From positions 115,204-179,203 of the forward strand of contig MEXN01000007.1 in the NCBI GenBank assembly GCA_001773695.1: a stretch of 64,000 nt of DNA, read 5' to 3'. This document shows positions 8,400 through 18,365 of the stretch, piece by piece; positions within the stretch are counted from its first letter, which is position 1, and each line of letters starts with the position of its first letter. The translations under genes were made by a program, and so were the position numbers. Source of the DNA: Candidatus Amesbacteria bacterium RIFCSPLOWO2_01_FULL_48_25 (GTDB taxonomy: Bacteria; Patescibacteriota; Microgenomatia; CAZETR01; Amesbacteraceae). The notes under the pieces were generated by a model. The model did not search any database. It was not told the origin of the DNA and saw only the letters and a program-made list of their open reading frames with translations.

Positions 8400-10490
8400 G
8401 TGGCGCAGGATTTAGCGACAATTTTGTGGTGGTGGGTAACTTTATTGTTGGTGGGGATAGCAGGTTGGCCATGGTCAAAAAAAATATTTAGGGGTTGGCC
8501 GGACCGTGGTTACTTAATGGCTAAGGCGTTGGGACTGGCAATAGTTACATATGTAATTTGGATCGGGGGAACAATTGGCGTATTTCCATTTATCCAGGCC
8601 TCAACTTGGCTAGTGGTATTGGGGGTGTGGTATTTGGGAAGACGGGTGAGTCGCGGGGAGAAAGGAATAAGTTGGAAGATGATTTTTTGGGAAGAGGGGG
8701 TTTTTTTGGCGGCCTTGATACTTTGGAGTTGGGTAAAGGCACATGAGCCGACGATTAATGGGTTGGAAAAGTTCATGGATTACGGATTTACGAGATCGAT
8801 TTTGCAGGGAAAGTATTTTCCGCCCCTGGATATGTGGTTTGCCGGCAAACCCATCAACTACTATTATTTCGGACACTTGATGATGGCGGCGCTAACCCGG
8901 TTGTCGGGGATGTCACTTGGGTACACTTTTAACTTGATGTTGGCGACTATTTTTGCCATGTGCCTAACCCAGTCGTATGCTATTGGTCGACAGCTTTTGA
9001 ATAAGCTGCCCATAGCATGGGCCATTGGAGGAGCATTGCTAATTGCGTATCTGGTAACACTGGCTGGCAACCTGCACACGATTTATGCCTTTACGTCAGG
9101 GTATGCCGGGCGGGAAGATAATCCCCCGCCATTTTGGGATTTGGAGTTTACATCTGAGGTGGGAAAAAACTACTGGTACCCCAATGCCACCCGGTTTATC
9201 CCGTGGACGATCCACGAATTTCCCAGTTACTCGTTTGTGGTATCGGATGTGCATGGGCACGTGTTGAGTATCCCCCTGGCTTTGTTGGCTATTGCCCTGT
9301 TGGTGAACATGTTTGGCCGGTTGCGGGAAGAAATAAATTGGAAGGAATACGGTTTGTATGGCTGGATCTCGGGCCTCATGTTTATGACGAATGCGCTGGA
9401 TGGAATTATATATGCCGGGCTATTCGCTGTACTGCTCATCGCCCGAAATTTACAATTTTCAATTTCCAATTCACAATTAATTTCTAAATTTCTAAATTTT
9501 CAATTTTTCAAACCGCTGATAGTCGTTGGGATGGTGTTTGCGGTGACAATATCGCCGTTTGTGGCCAGGTTCGAGCCGTTTGTGTCGGGGGTGGCGGTAA
9601 ATTGTCCGCCGGAACAGTTGGCTAACTCAAAAATAGGACCTATAATTTTCGAGGGGGCAGAGAAGTGTCAAAAATCTCCCCTGTGGATGATGTTGGTTTT
9701 GTGGGGGTTTTTCGTCTATTGCGGCTGGTGGTATATAGCTGGAGCCAGAGAAAAGGAATTGTCTGTTGAATCGAAGTTGTTGGGAGCATTTCTGGTGTTT
9801 TCGCTACTGTTAATAACATTTCCGGAGTTTTTTTACTTTAAAGATATTTACCCGTTGCATTTTCGCAGCAACACCATGTTCAAGCTGGGATACCAGGCGT
9901 TTATGCTGTCGGGAATAGCTTCGGGGTATGCCATAACTTACGAGCTATGGCGCAAAAAGCGGGTGGTGTGGCTAACGGGAGCGGTGATATTGGCGTTACT
10001 CGTGATGATTTATCCCAAATTCGCAGTCAACTCATACTTTGGAAACTTAAAAACCTACCAATCAATCTGGGGGTTGGGGTGGTTGTCTTCCCGCTATCCT
10101 GACGACGCCCAGGCCATCGAATGGCTGGAAAAAACGTTGCCGGTGGGGGAACAACCGGTGGTATTGGAAGCAAATGGAGATAGCTACACAGATTTCAACC
10201 GAATATCGGCATTTTCCGGTTTGCCGACTGTGGCTGGGTGGACGGTGCACGAATGGTTGTGGAGGGGGGGGTATGAGCCGATTGCTCTGAGAGCGGAAGA
10301 GGTAAAAAGAGTGTACGAGTCCATCGACATAGAGGAGACTAAGCTACTCCTTAATAAATATGACGTGAGATATATCGTGGTGGGATCAATGGAAAGGCAG
10401 AAATATCCCCAGCTGGACGAAGAAAAGATTAAAAAACTGGGAAGCACGGTGTTTACTACTAATACTTTGGTGATTTACCAAGTTATTTGA
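8400..10490 (+). CDS. YYY-motif membrane protein (DUF2298 / Chlor_Arch_YYY-like, GT-C-like)
   Basis: EKFMD, INYYYFGH, IHEFP, DVHGH, NTMFK motifs; start moved to GTG 8400 to remove the overlap. Confidence 0.85.
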   Translation: MAQDLATILWWWVTLLLVGIAGWPWSKKIFRGWPDRGYLMAKALGLAIVTYVIWIGGTIGVFPFIQASTWLVVLGVWYLGRRVSRGEKGISWKMIFWEEGVFLAALILWSWVKAHEPTINGLEKFMDYGFTRSILQGKYFPPLDMWFAGKPINYYYFGHLMMAALTRLSGMSLGYTFNLMLATIFAMCLTQSYAIGRQLLNKLPIAWAIGGALLIAYLVTLAGNLHTIYAFTSGYAGREDNPPPFWDLEFTSEVGKNYWYPNATRFIPWTIHEFPSYSFVVSDVHGHVLSIPLALLAIALLVNMFGRLREEINWKEYGLYGWISGLMFMTNALDGIIYAGLFAVLLIARNLQFSISNSQLISKFLNFQFFKPLIVVGMVFAVTISPFVARFEPFVSGVAVNCPPEQLANSKIGPIIFEGAEKCQKSPLWMMLVLWGFFVYCGWWYIAGAREKELSVESKLLGAFLVFSLLLITFPEFFYFKDIYPLHFRSNTMFKLGYQAFMLSGIASGYAITYELWRKKRVVWLTGAVILALLVMIYPKFAVNSYFGNLKTYQSIWGLGWLSSRYPDDAQAIEWLEKTLPVGEQPVVLEANGDSYTDFNRISAFSGLPTVAGWTVHEWLWRGGYEPIALRAEEVKRVYESIDIEETKLLLNKYDVRYIVVGSMERQKYPQLDEEKIKKLGSTVFTTNTLVIYQVI

Positions 10491-11535
10491 GAAGGCTGGA
10501 CACAAAGTCGTATATGGCGTGGGGGTCGTCGCCCTTGGGGACCAGGACCCATTGATTATCGTACTTGGGAGAAACCGGCGGGTGATAAATGTGGTCCGGT
10601 TCAATAAGAGCAGTGGTGGTTTGGGGATTTTTCCGGGCGGATATAGCTAGTCTGCTCAAGGCTATGTATTGGTCACTAGTAATGTCTGTCGTAGTTTGGG
10701 TAAGAAGGATGGTGGCAATTTGGCGGTAGACGGCTGGCTTTGTAAGAATACCTTGGGAGAAGAGTTTGGCCTTGATCGCAGAGATAACTTGGCTTTGGCG
10801 GCGGGAGCGGGCGAAGTCGGTGCCTTCGGTAAGATCGGCAGAATAGCGGGAGCGGACATATTTGAGGGCGGTGCTGCCATCCATGTGTAGAAGACCTTGA
10901 TCAAAAGAGATCGTTTCGTAACGACACTTATAATCAACATCTCCTTCGCACAAATCAGTTTCACGTCCAGCTATGGGATAGCGGTCGTCAACGAAAGATT
11001 TTTCTATTTGGACATTTATACCGCCTAAAGTGTCTATAATTTGAGCGAATGTGGCGAAATCAAAAACGACGGCGAAATCTACAGGTTCACCTAATATTTC
11101 TGAGACTGATGATTTGGCCAGGAGCAGCCCGCCTGATGTCCCGGCTTTGACTCGGCCGTAGTGATAGGTGGAATTAATCTTGGCTCGCATTGAGGGAACC
11201 CATAAATCGCGGGGAATAGAAAGCATGACGGTGGGCTGGCGGTAGCGGGAAACCGACAAAAAGATTATGGAGTCGGTAAGATCCGACCCCTGGTGATTTT
11301 CCCCACCAATTCCCAGGATAAGAAAGTTGGTCCGGCCGGCGTGATTGGGAATAGAACTGGAGGCGACGGCACGAATTAGCTGGTAAGTGAGGTTGGCGGG
11401 AGCGCGCAGGACAAAAACTGTCCCAGTTATCAGCACAATTGCGACTACTAGCAACAGCGCCCTGGCCAAATAGACCCGGGAGAGTAATTGGCGTTTGATC
11501 CGATTGAAGAATGAAGAGAGTCTGGTAAGCTGCAT
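10483..11535 (-). CDS. LCP (LytR-CpsA-Psr) family glycopolymer transferase
   Basis: N-terminal TM, LTDSI, SIPRDLWV, KINS, YVRSR, DFARSRRQ. Confidence 0.92.
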   Translation of the reverse strand: MQLTRLSSFFNRIKRQLLSRVYLARALLLVVAIVLITGTVFVLRAPANLTYQLIRAVASSSIPNHAGRTNFLILGIGGENHQGSDLTDSIIFLSVSRYRQPTVMLSIPRDLWVPSMRAKINSTYHYGRVKAGTSGGLLLAKSSVSEILGEPVDFAVVFDFATFAQIIDTLGGINVQIEKSFVDDRYPIAGRETDLCEGDVDYKCRYETISFDQGLLHMDGSTALKYVRSRYSADLTEGTDFARSRRQSQVISAIKAKLFSQGILTKPAVYRQIATILLTQTTTDITSDQYIALSRLAISARKNPQTTTALIEPDHIYHPPVSPKYDNQWVLVPKGDDPHAIYDFVSSLLK

Positions 11536-11537
11536 TA

Positions 11538-13388
11538 GTGGATATTTTGAAGAGCCTAAATCCCCAACAACAAAAAGCGGTGGCTTTCAGTGAGGGGCCC
11601 TTGCTTATTTTAGCAGGAGCGGGAAGTGGAAAGACAAAGGTATTGACTCACCGAGTGGCATATCTCGTTCGCAATAAAAACGTGAGACCTGAAAATATTT
11701 TGCTTTTGACGTTTACAAATAAGGCGGCCGGGGAAATGATGAAGAGGATAATGGGCTTGTTGGGGGCGGAATTTAGAGGATATGGTGGGACTTTTCATAG
11801 TTTTTGTGCCAAGATTTTACGAAAATACGCTGGTTGGGCTCGATTGGATCCCAACTTTGTGATTTTTGACGAGGCGGACCAACTAGACACGGTAAAGCAG
11901 GCCATGGTAGCTGTGGGAGTGGATATAAAATCGGTCAGGCCGGGGTCGGTACTGGGAGCTATATCGGGCGCCAAAAACGAACTAATAACTCCGGCCGAAT
12001 ATGCCGGTTTTGCCAGAGGAAACTTTTCCCAAACTGTAGCCCGAGTATATTTGGCTTACCAACAGTTGCTTCGGCGATATAAAGCTTTGGATTTTGATGA
12101 CTTGTTGGTAGAAACAGTCAGGCTGTTGCAAATCGAGCCGGAGGTGAGGGAGAAATTAGAGGAAAATTTCAAGTTTATATTAGTAGACGAATATCAAGAT
12201 ACGAATAAGGCGCAGTATGAAATTACGAAAGTGCTCTCTAAAAAACACGGGAACTTGACTGTTGTCGGAGACGCGGCACAGGCGATTTACTCGTGGCGGG
12301 GGGCAAATTATCGAAACCTATTGTATCTTAAACAAGACTTCCCCACTCTCACGACTCTAAATTTGGAGCAAAACTACCGGTCTACCCAGATAATTTTATC
12401 GGCAGCCAATGAAGTGGTATCTAAAAACAAAAATCATCCTATATTGAACTTGTGGACGGATAGAGGTGGAGGAGAAAAAGTAACTTTTTACGAGGCAGAG
12501 AGTGAGTACGATGAAGCCCAATTTGTCATAGGACAAATTGCAACAACCAAATATTCGGAATTTGCGGTGCTATACCGGACAAATGCGCAGTCGCGGGTGT
12601 TGGAGGAGGCGTTTTTGCATTCAGGGATCCCTTACTCACTGGTTGGGGGGGTGAGATTTTACGAAAGAAAAGAGATAAAGGACGTGATTGCGTATTTGCG
12701 TTTGGTTTTAAACCCCGAGGATGAAATTTCCAGGAAGAGGGCAGAAAAATTGGGAAAGGGCAGACTACAGAAATTTACAAATTCCAATTTACAATTTTCA
12801 AATAAACTTACCTTGGACATTTTGGATGAGGTGTTGAAAATTACGGGATATTTGGAACAATTTGATGAAATGAATGAGGAAGACGCGGCCAGATTGGAAA
12901 ACATAAAAGAGCTGCGAAGCGTGGCGCAGGAATTTCCTAAATTGCCTGAACTTTTAGAACAGATTGCACTAACCGAAAAAGAAGCGTCTAGGAGTCAGCG
13001 TCTAGCGTCTAGCGGAGAAGGGGCTGTAACTCTGATGACACTACACGCGGCGAAGGGGCTGGAGTTTAAACGTGTGTTTATGGTGGGAATGGAGGAAGGG
13101 TTATTCCCCCACTCCAGATCGCTTATGGATCCCGAACAAATGGAGGAGGAACGACGCTTGTGTTATGTGGGGATGACCCGGGCGATGGATAACTTGTATC
13201 TGACTTACGCCCGGAGGAGGTTATATTTCGGGTCGCGATCCAATAATCCGGTGTCTCGGTTTTTGGCGGATATTCCGGAGGAGTTAATCGAAGTTAACCA
13301 AGAGATTAAGAAGGCTAAGAGATTAAGCTTGGAGCAAAATTGGGGTTTTGATGAAGAGGGAAATTGGCAGTGGACGCCAGACGATTAA
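11538..13388 (+). CDS. pcrA: ATP-dependent DNA helicase PcrA/UvrD
   Basis: AGAGSGKT, TFTNKAA, VDEYQDTN, QNYRST, HAAKGLEF, EERRLCYVGMTRA. Confidence 0.93.
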   Translation: MDILKSLNPQQQKAVAFSEGPLLILAGAGSGKTKVLTHRVAYLVRNKNVRPENILLLTFTNKAAGEMMKRIMGLLGAEFRGYGGTFHSFCAKILRKYAGWARLDPNFVIFDEADQLDTVKQAMVAVGVDIKSVRPGSVLGAISGAKNELITPAEYAGFARGNFSQTVARVYLAYQQLLRRYKALDFDDLLVETVRLLQIEPEVREKLEENFKFILVDEYQDTNKAQYEITKVLSKKHGNLTVVGDAAQAIYSWRGANYRNLLYLKQDFPTLTTLNLEQNYRSTQIILSAANEVVSKNKNHPILNLWTDRGGGEKVTFYEAESEYDEAQFVIGQIATTKYSEFAVLYRTNAQSRVLEEAFLHSGIPYSLVGGVRFYERKEIKDVIAYLRLVLNPEDEISRKRAEKLGKGRLQKFTNSNLQFSNKLTLDILDEVLKITGYLEQFDEMNEEDAARLENIKELRSVAQEFPKLPELLEQIALTEKEASRSQRLASSGEGAVTLMTLHAAKGLEFKRVFMVGMEEGLFPHSRSLMDPEQMEEERRLCYVGMTRAMDNLYLTYARRRLYFGSRSNNPVSRFLADIPEELIEVNQEIKKAKRLSLEQNWGFDEEGNWQWTPDD

Positions 13389-13401
13389 GTATAATTGGAA
13401 T

Positions 13402-14295
13402 ATGAATAGCGATGATTGGAACAAAAATGCTGGGCATCCGATGCAATCTTTCGAGTGGGGGGAGTTTAGGGAGAAGGTGGGGAATAAAATATCGAGGGTT
13501 GTCGGTGACAAGCAATATCAGATAATTTGGAGTCGGATTAAGCCTTTTGATTTGTGGTTTGGATATTGCCCGATGTCTGGGATGCCGAATGAGAAAGATA
13601 TTAAGATACTAAGAGATGAAGCGATTAAGAATAATGGGCTCGGGATAAGATTTGAGCCTAATGAGATGAAGGGCGCGAAAATACCGGAAAGGATGGTGTC
13701 GGGAAGACATTTATTTAAGCCCAAGACTTTTCAGATAGATTTGACCTTGGGTGAAGATGAATTATTAAATAGAATGCATCCGAAGTGTAGATATAATATT
13801 CGGCTGGCACAAAAGCACGGAGTAAAAATTGGGGAAGGAGATATAGAAAGTTATGTGAAATTGATATTTGGAAAGACAGTAAAAAGACAAAAAATTTATT
13901 CACACTCGGAAAAATATCATTGGGAATTGGCACAGCTGGGATGGGTTCATTTGTTTAAGGCAGAATATAAAAATAAAGTGATTGCGAGCTGGATGGTTTT
14001 TGCCTGGAAAAATTTTGTTTACTATGCATATGGTGCATTCGATGATGACTACAAAAACTTGATGGCACCTGTTTTGGGTCTTTGGGAAATAATTAGGTGG
14101 GGAAAAAGAGAAGGATTCAAAACTCTGGATTTGTGGGGGGCCGAAGAGGGGCGCGGATTTAGCAGGTTTAAACAGCAGTTCGGACCAGAACTGGTAGAAA
14201 TGGTCGGAACGTATGATTTACCAATTAATTTTTTGCATTGGCCGTTTAGAATGGCGGAGGAAATAAGATGGAAGATCTTGCGGATATTGAAGTAG
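13402..14295 (+). CDS. FemAB/FemX-family peptidoglycan bridge peptidyltransferase
   Basis: HPMQSFEWGEFR, RYNIRLAQKHGV, FKQQFG; start 13402 is 6 nt after TATAAT. Confidence 0.85.
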   Translation: MNSDDWNKNAGHPMQSFEWGEFREKVGNKISRVVGDKQYQIIWSRIKPFDLWFGYCPMSGMPNEKDIKILRDEAIKNNGLGIRFEPNEMKGAKIPERMVSGRHLFKPKTFQIDLTLGEDELLNRMHPKCRYNIRLAQKHGVKIGEGDIESYVKLIFGKTVKRQKIYSHSEKYHWELAQLGWVHLFKAEYKNKVIASWMVFAWKNFVYYAYGAFDDDYKNLMAPVLGLWEIIRWGKREGFKTLDLWGAEEGRGFSRFKQQFGPELVEMVGTYDLPINFLHWPFRMAEEIRWKILRILK

Positions 14296-15080
14296 AGGAC
14301 GTGAGGCAGAGCATAGAATACGGCCGATATATTGAGAAAATCGGGTGGAGAGTGGAGAGTGGTATTTTTTTACGAAAGTTGGGGCCGGTGACAATTGCGA
14401 AGATACAAAGAAGGGATCTGCCGCCAGGTTGGGAAAAGATTTTAAAAAGAAACCGAGTTGTGATGTGTAAATATGAGCCATTGAGGACGCCTGTTGGGTG
14501 GAGACAGGATAACTGGCCGTTGTTGGGAACAAAGACGTTGAGAGTTGACTTAAGGCCAAGTGAAGAAAAAATATTTAATTCGTTTAAAAAGGACTGCAGA
14601 TACATCGTGCGGAAATTACAAGATACAACCCGCCTGCCGGACGGGCAGGGATACAAGATACAAACAGATGATTTTGAGGGATTTTATGAGATTTGGAGAA
14701 AATCGGCAAAAAGAAAGCATTTATGGATTCCGGGTAAAAAAGAGTTTGATTTTTTGGTTGACAGTTTTGGAGAAAAGTGTTTTTGTGCGACCATAAACGG
14801 TGAAGCCGGGGCGGTTATTTTGACGCATGAGAAAACGGCGTTTTATTATTACGCAGGGGCGACGGAAGAGGGAAACAGAATGAATTTGCCATATTTAGTG
14901 GTGTGGGAGGCTATGAAGGAAGCTAAAAGGCGGGGTATGAAAGTTTGGGATTTTGAAGGAATATACGATTCCAGATGGCCAAACAAAGGATGGTTGGGAT
15001 TTTCCCATTTTAAGAAAAGCTTTGGGGGAGTGGAAGTGGAATACCCGGGGTGTTTTACTAGATGGCAGGTACCGTTTTAG
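14268..15080 (+). CDS. FemAB-like / GNAT-fold protein (second paralog)
   Basis: DVRQSIEYG, WEAMKEAKRRG..DFEG, FKKSFGG. Confidence 0.8.
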   Translation: MEDLADIEVEDVRQSIEYGRYIEKIGWRVESGIFLRKLGPVTIAKIQRRDLPPGWEKILKRNRVVMCKYEPLRTPVGWRQDNWPLLGTKTLRVDLRPSEEKIFNSFKKDCRYIVRKLQDTTRLPDGQGYKIQTDDFEGFYEIWRKSAKRKHLWIPGKKEFDFLVDSFGEKCFCATINGEAGAVILTHEKTAFYYYAGATEEGNRMNLPYLVVWEAMKEAKRRGMKVWDFEGIYDSRWPNKGWLGFSHFKKSFGGVEVEYPGCFTRWQVPF

Positions 15081-15427
15081 AATTTAAAAAAATACACCAC
15101 TTCTTTAAAAACAAGGACTAACAGAAGTTGGGCAGCAGAGAAGAAAAGCAGACCGAGGAAGGCTGTTCCCGCGGGGCCATTGTAGCTTTTGATTAGGCCG
15201 GTCTTTTTTTGGCTGAGAGTTAGATTTATTTTGCCGGGCCAAATACGAAAAGTGAAAAGAGGATCTCGGGGCAGGAAGGTAATGGTCGAGCCTGGGTTAA
15301 TGCTGCGCATGAAATGAAGCGAGTGAAAGGCCAAATATAATATTGGGATCCCCGTCAATAGGGTTCGGAGCGGGTGCTCAAGTGGCGAAACTGTGATTAA
15401 TTCGTAGGCCGTCGGGAAAGGAATCAT
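15077..15427 (-). CDS. Hypothetical small membrane protein
   Basis: 116-aa ORF with two hydrophobic segments filling the gap. Confidence 0.5.
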   Translation of the reverse strand: MIPFPTAYELITVSPLEHPLRTLLTGIPILYLAFHSLHFMRSINPGSTITFLPRDPLFTFRIWPGKINLTLSQKKTGLIKSYNGPAGTAFLGLLFFSAAQLLLVLVFKEVVYFFKF

Positions 15428-15449
15428 GTTTTTTTAATGATGCCGTTAT

Positions 15450-18287
15450 TTACTGGGCGTTGTCAACTTGAGCGTAATCACAGAGGATTTTGTAGTCGCA
15501 GATACGACAGAGTTGGGAACCGGAGCAGTGGAAGTCCGAGCGGGAGATTTGGTCCGCATAAGACATGATCTGTTGTTTGGCTTCTTCCAGCTGAGTGGAG
15601 GTTCTGGTGGTGGAAATTTTTTTCTGCTGGTCAAAAAAATATAAACTCAACAAAACATCCTCTGGTTTACGATTGAAGGGGGGTTCACGAAGAAGTGTGG
15701 CAACAAGAGCGTAAAAAGAAAGCTGGAGATCTTTGTCCGCGTCTTTTTGAGTGGGAAGCGTGACGCTAGTTTTGTAGTCTATTATTTCTATTTTACCGTT
15801 GGGGAGAAGATCCACGCGATCTATTTTGCCGCCGATTTTAAGAAAGACCTGCCTGCCGGCAGGCAGGGGTACAATAAAAGGCTCTTCTAGTTTTATCGGC
15901 AAGTGCTTGGGGTCAAAGTTTTTTTCAAGATATTCGGTCAAATATTTTTGGCCCCGATCAAAATAGGCCTGCTCGTGTTTTTTTGAGGTATAGCCTTCTG
16001 AGGACCAATTTTTCTTTAATAAGTCCAAGACGTCGGTCTGGCCTTTGTTGGTGAAGAATTCTTTTAGTGTGGCGTGGATGGTGTTACCGAAGGAAGAAGC
16101 GGCAGAAGTGGGAGTGGGGATTTTTAAAATATATTTGGCTTTATAGTGCAAGGGGCAATCTAAAAACGTCTGGATTTGGGAATAGCTTAAATAGGTTATT
16201 GGGATAGGCTTCCCGCCTGCAACGCTTTGCGTAGCAATGCGGGCAGGTTGCCAGTCTAATAATGAGGGTTGAATGGCTGGATGTGCTGATGACTGGATGG
16301 GGCCGAGGGTTTCGGCGATGAAGGGGGAGAGTTTCTTGATCCGCTTGCCTTCGCCATAAAAATCCGCAGCAGTAAGAAAGAGAAGATCTTTGGCACGGGT
16401 GAGGCCAACATAAAAGAGGCGACGCTCTTCCTGCAAATGAGAGTCCCCTTCCGGCAATATTTCTTTTATAAGTGCGTCGGGAATGGGAATGGGTTCGGAG
16501 CGGGAGCGGGAAGGAAAACGATCAACAACTAGATTAACCAAAAAGACAACCGGGAACTCCAGACCCTTGGCCGAATGAACCGTTAAAATATTGACAGCGT
16601 CGTTTTGACCCCAATCGACTTCGGCGGCCTGAGGAGATTCGCCCATATCGGAGGAGAGATTGAGCCAATCAACAATGGTGTGAACTGAGGCGTCGGAATT
16701 TTGAGTTTCGAAGGATTTTAGCTTGTTAAAAAATTTCATGATATTTTGAGCTTTGATTTCGTCGATGGGGGTTCGATAGTCAAGTATGGCTTTAAGTAGG
16801 CCCGATTTTTCTAGAAAATCGTAAAGAATTTGCCCGGCGGTTTCTTTGGGAACAAGGTGCAAATGCCGGTCAATTAAATCGACTAGAAGTTTAACCGAAG
16901 GCAAATCCGACTGTTCACTGGCGGCAAACAACGATAAGTTCTGTTTTCGGGCGAGGTTTGTGATTACGGCCAGGTCGCGGGCGGGAATACTAAAAAATTC
17001 CATGGCCAAGACACGATAGAATGAAACGTTGTCCTCAAAGTTGTAGAGGACTTTTAAATAGGCAATAAGATCTTTTATTTCTGGCTGGTGGAAAAGACGT
17101 CCTGGGCCAAGAAACTGATGTGGTATTCCATGATGAGATAGGGCACGGACGAAAGGTTCGGCGTGGGCATTAGCACGCACAAGGATTGCAAAGTCTTTAG
17201 CTGTTAGCTTTGAGTCGTTAGTCAGAATCTCCTTAATTTTCTTGGCGACGGCGTCGGCTTCGGACTCGACGCGGTCGAAATGAAGTAATTCTATTTTTTC
17301 ACCTTTGATTTTTCGGACAGAAGTTAATTTTTTGTCGATTTTTTCTTTGACCTCTAACCGATCCGGGTTGTTGTTTTGGATAAGAGTGTGGGCTTTGTCG
17401 AGAATACCTTGGGTCGAGCGGTAATTTTGCACAAGAGTAATCAACTTGGCATCGGAATAATTTTTGCGAAATTGAATAACATTGGAAATGGCGGCACCGC
17501 GCCATCTGTAAATCGCCTGGTCGTCATCGGCTACAACCGTCAAGTTGCGGTTGCGGCTGGCTAAGAGATTGATGAGTTGATTTTGGGCGTAATTGGTGTC
17601 TTGAAATTCATCCACTAGTATATATTTGAATTTCTGCTGATATAGTTTGAGGACGCTGGGACGGTCGCGGAAGAGTTTGAGAGAATAGGAAATTAAATCC
17701 GAAAAATCTAATACACCCTCTTTGACTTTAAGATCGGAATAGTCGGAATAAAGCCCGGCCAATTCTTGATAATTTGAGTCCTTTTTTTTGGACCATGCCA
17801 AATATTGGGAAGGACTGACGTCCTCGTCCTGAAGGCGGTTGAAATGCTGGAGAGCAGCTGTCAAAAATTTGGCCGGATTGCCCAGAGGGCGATAGTAATT
17901 AAGATCAAAATCAAAAAGGTGGTTTTTGAGAAGAGAAACGGCGTCGGGAGCGGTAAGAAGCTTGTAATTAGTATCTAGGCCCAGATGCAAGCCTTCTTCG
18001 CGTAAGATGCGATCACAAAATGAATGAAAGGTGCTGACCCACATTTGGGTATAACCGTAAGGCAGAGCGACGTCGATACGTTCCTGCATCTGTCCAGCCG
18101 CTTTTTCAGTGAATGTGAGGCATAATATTTCGGAAGGTTGGGCGAGACCTTGGGCTATGAGCCATTTAACGCGCTCGGTGACGACTGTGGTTTTGCCTGT
18201 CCCCGCACCGGCTATTATCAGAAGCGGGCCGGAGCTGTGAGTTACGGCTTCGAGTTGCTGTTTATTGAGGGTTTTTTCTTCGGACAT
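15450..18287 (-). CDS. UvrD-like helicase fused to a C-terminal PD-(D/E)XK nuclease with Fe-S cysteines (AddA/AdnB-like)
   Basis: AGAGTGKT, VDEFQD, HSAKGLEF; C-terminal SYSQ..CP, GKIDRVD, IIDYKT, QLSFY, C-x5-CxxC. Confidence 0.9.
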   Translation of the reverse strand: MSEEKTLNKQQLEAVTHSSGPLLIIAGAGTGKTTVVTERVKWLIAQGLAQPSEILCLTFTEKAAGQMQERIDVALPYGYTQMWVSTFHSFCDRILREEGLHLGLDTNYKLLTAPDAVSLLKNHLFDFDLNYYRPLGNPAKFLTAALQHFNRLQDEDVSPSQYLAWSKKKDSNYQELAGLYSDYSDLKVKEGVLDFSDLISYSLKLFRDRPSVLKLYQQKFKYILVDEFQDTNYAQNQLINLLASRNRNLTVVADDDQAIYRWRGAAISNVIQFRKNYSDAKLITLVQNYRSTQGILDKAHTLIQNNNPDRLEVKEKIDKKLTSVRKIKGEKIELLHFDRVESEADAVAKKIKEILTNDSKLTAKDFAILVRANAHAEPFVRALSHHGIPHQFLGPGRLFHQPEIKDLIAYLKVLYNFEDNVSFYRVLAMEFFSIPARDLAVITNLARKQNLSLFAASEQSDLPSVKLLVDLIDRHLHLVPKETAGQILYDFLEKSGLLKAILDYRTPIDEIKAQNIMKFFNKLKSFETQNSDASVHTIVDWLNLSSDMGESPQAAEVDWGQNDAVNILTVHSAKGLEFPVVFLVNLVVDRFPSRSRSEPIPIPDALIKEILPEGDSHLQEERRLFYVGLTRAKDLLFLTAADFYGEGKRIKKLSPFIAETLGPIQSSAHPAIQPSLLDWQPARIATQSVAGGKPIPITYLSYSQIQTFLDCPLHYKAKYILKIPTPTSAASSFGNTIHATLKEFFTNKGQTDVLDLLKKNWSSEGYTSKKHEQAYFDRGQKYLTEYLEKNFDPKHLPIKLEEPFIVPLPAGRQVFLKIGGKIDRVDLLPNGKIEIIDYKTSVTLPTQKDADKDLQLSFYALVATLLREPPFNRKPEDVLLSLYFFDQQKKISTTRTSTQLEEAKQQIMSYADQISRSDFHCSGSQLCRICDYKILCDYAQVDNAQ
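15848..15867. repeat. Perfect 20-bp palindrome CCTGCCTGCCGGCAGGCAGG inserted in-frame (LPAGRQ)
   Basis: Self-complementary; variants near 14630-14649 and 35141-35163. Confidence 0.85.
16212..16247. repeat. Imperfect palindromic element, in-frame (PARIATQSVAGG) in the helicase-nuclease linker
   Basis: cccgcctgcaacgctttgcgtagcaatgcgggcagg hairpin. Confidence 0.7.
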
Positions 18288-18298
18288 GTCCCAATAAT

Positions 18299-18354
18299 AC
18301 CTCACCTCTAACCCCTCTCCTAAATTTAGGAGAGGGGAACCAAAGGGGTGAGGT
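18299..18354. repeat. Palindromic CCCTCTCC..GGAGAGGG element (intergenic copy)
   Basis: acctcacc..cccctctcctaaatttaggagagggg..ggtgaggt; relatives at 25180, 45698, 59188, 61493. Confidence 0.85.
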
Positions 18355-18365
18355 AAAATCGCGGT

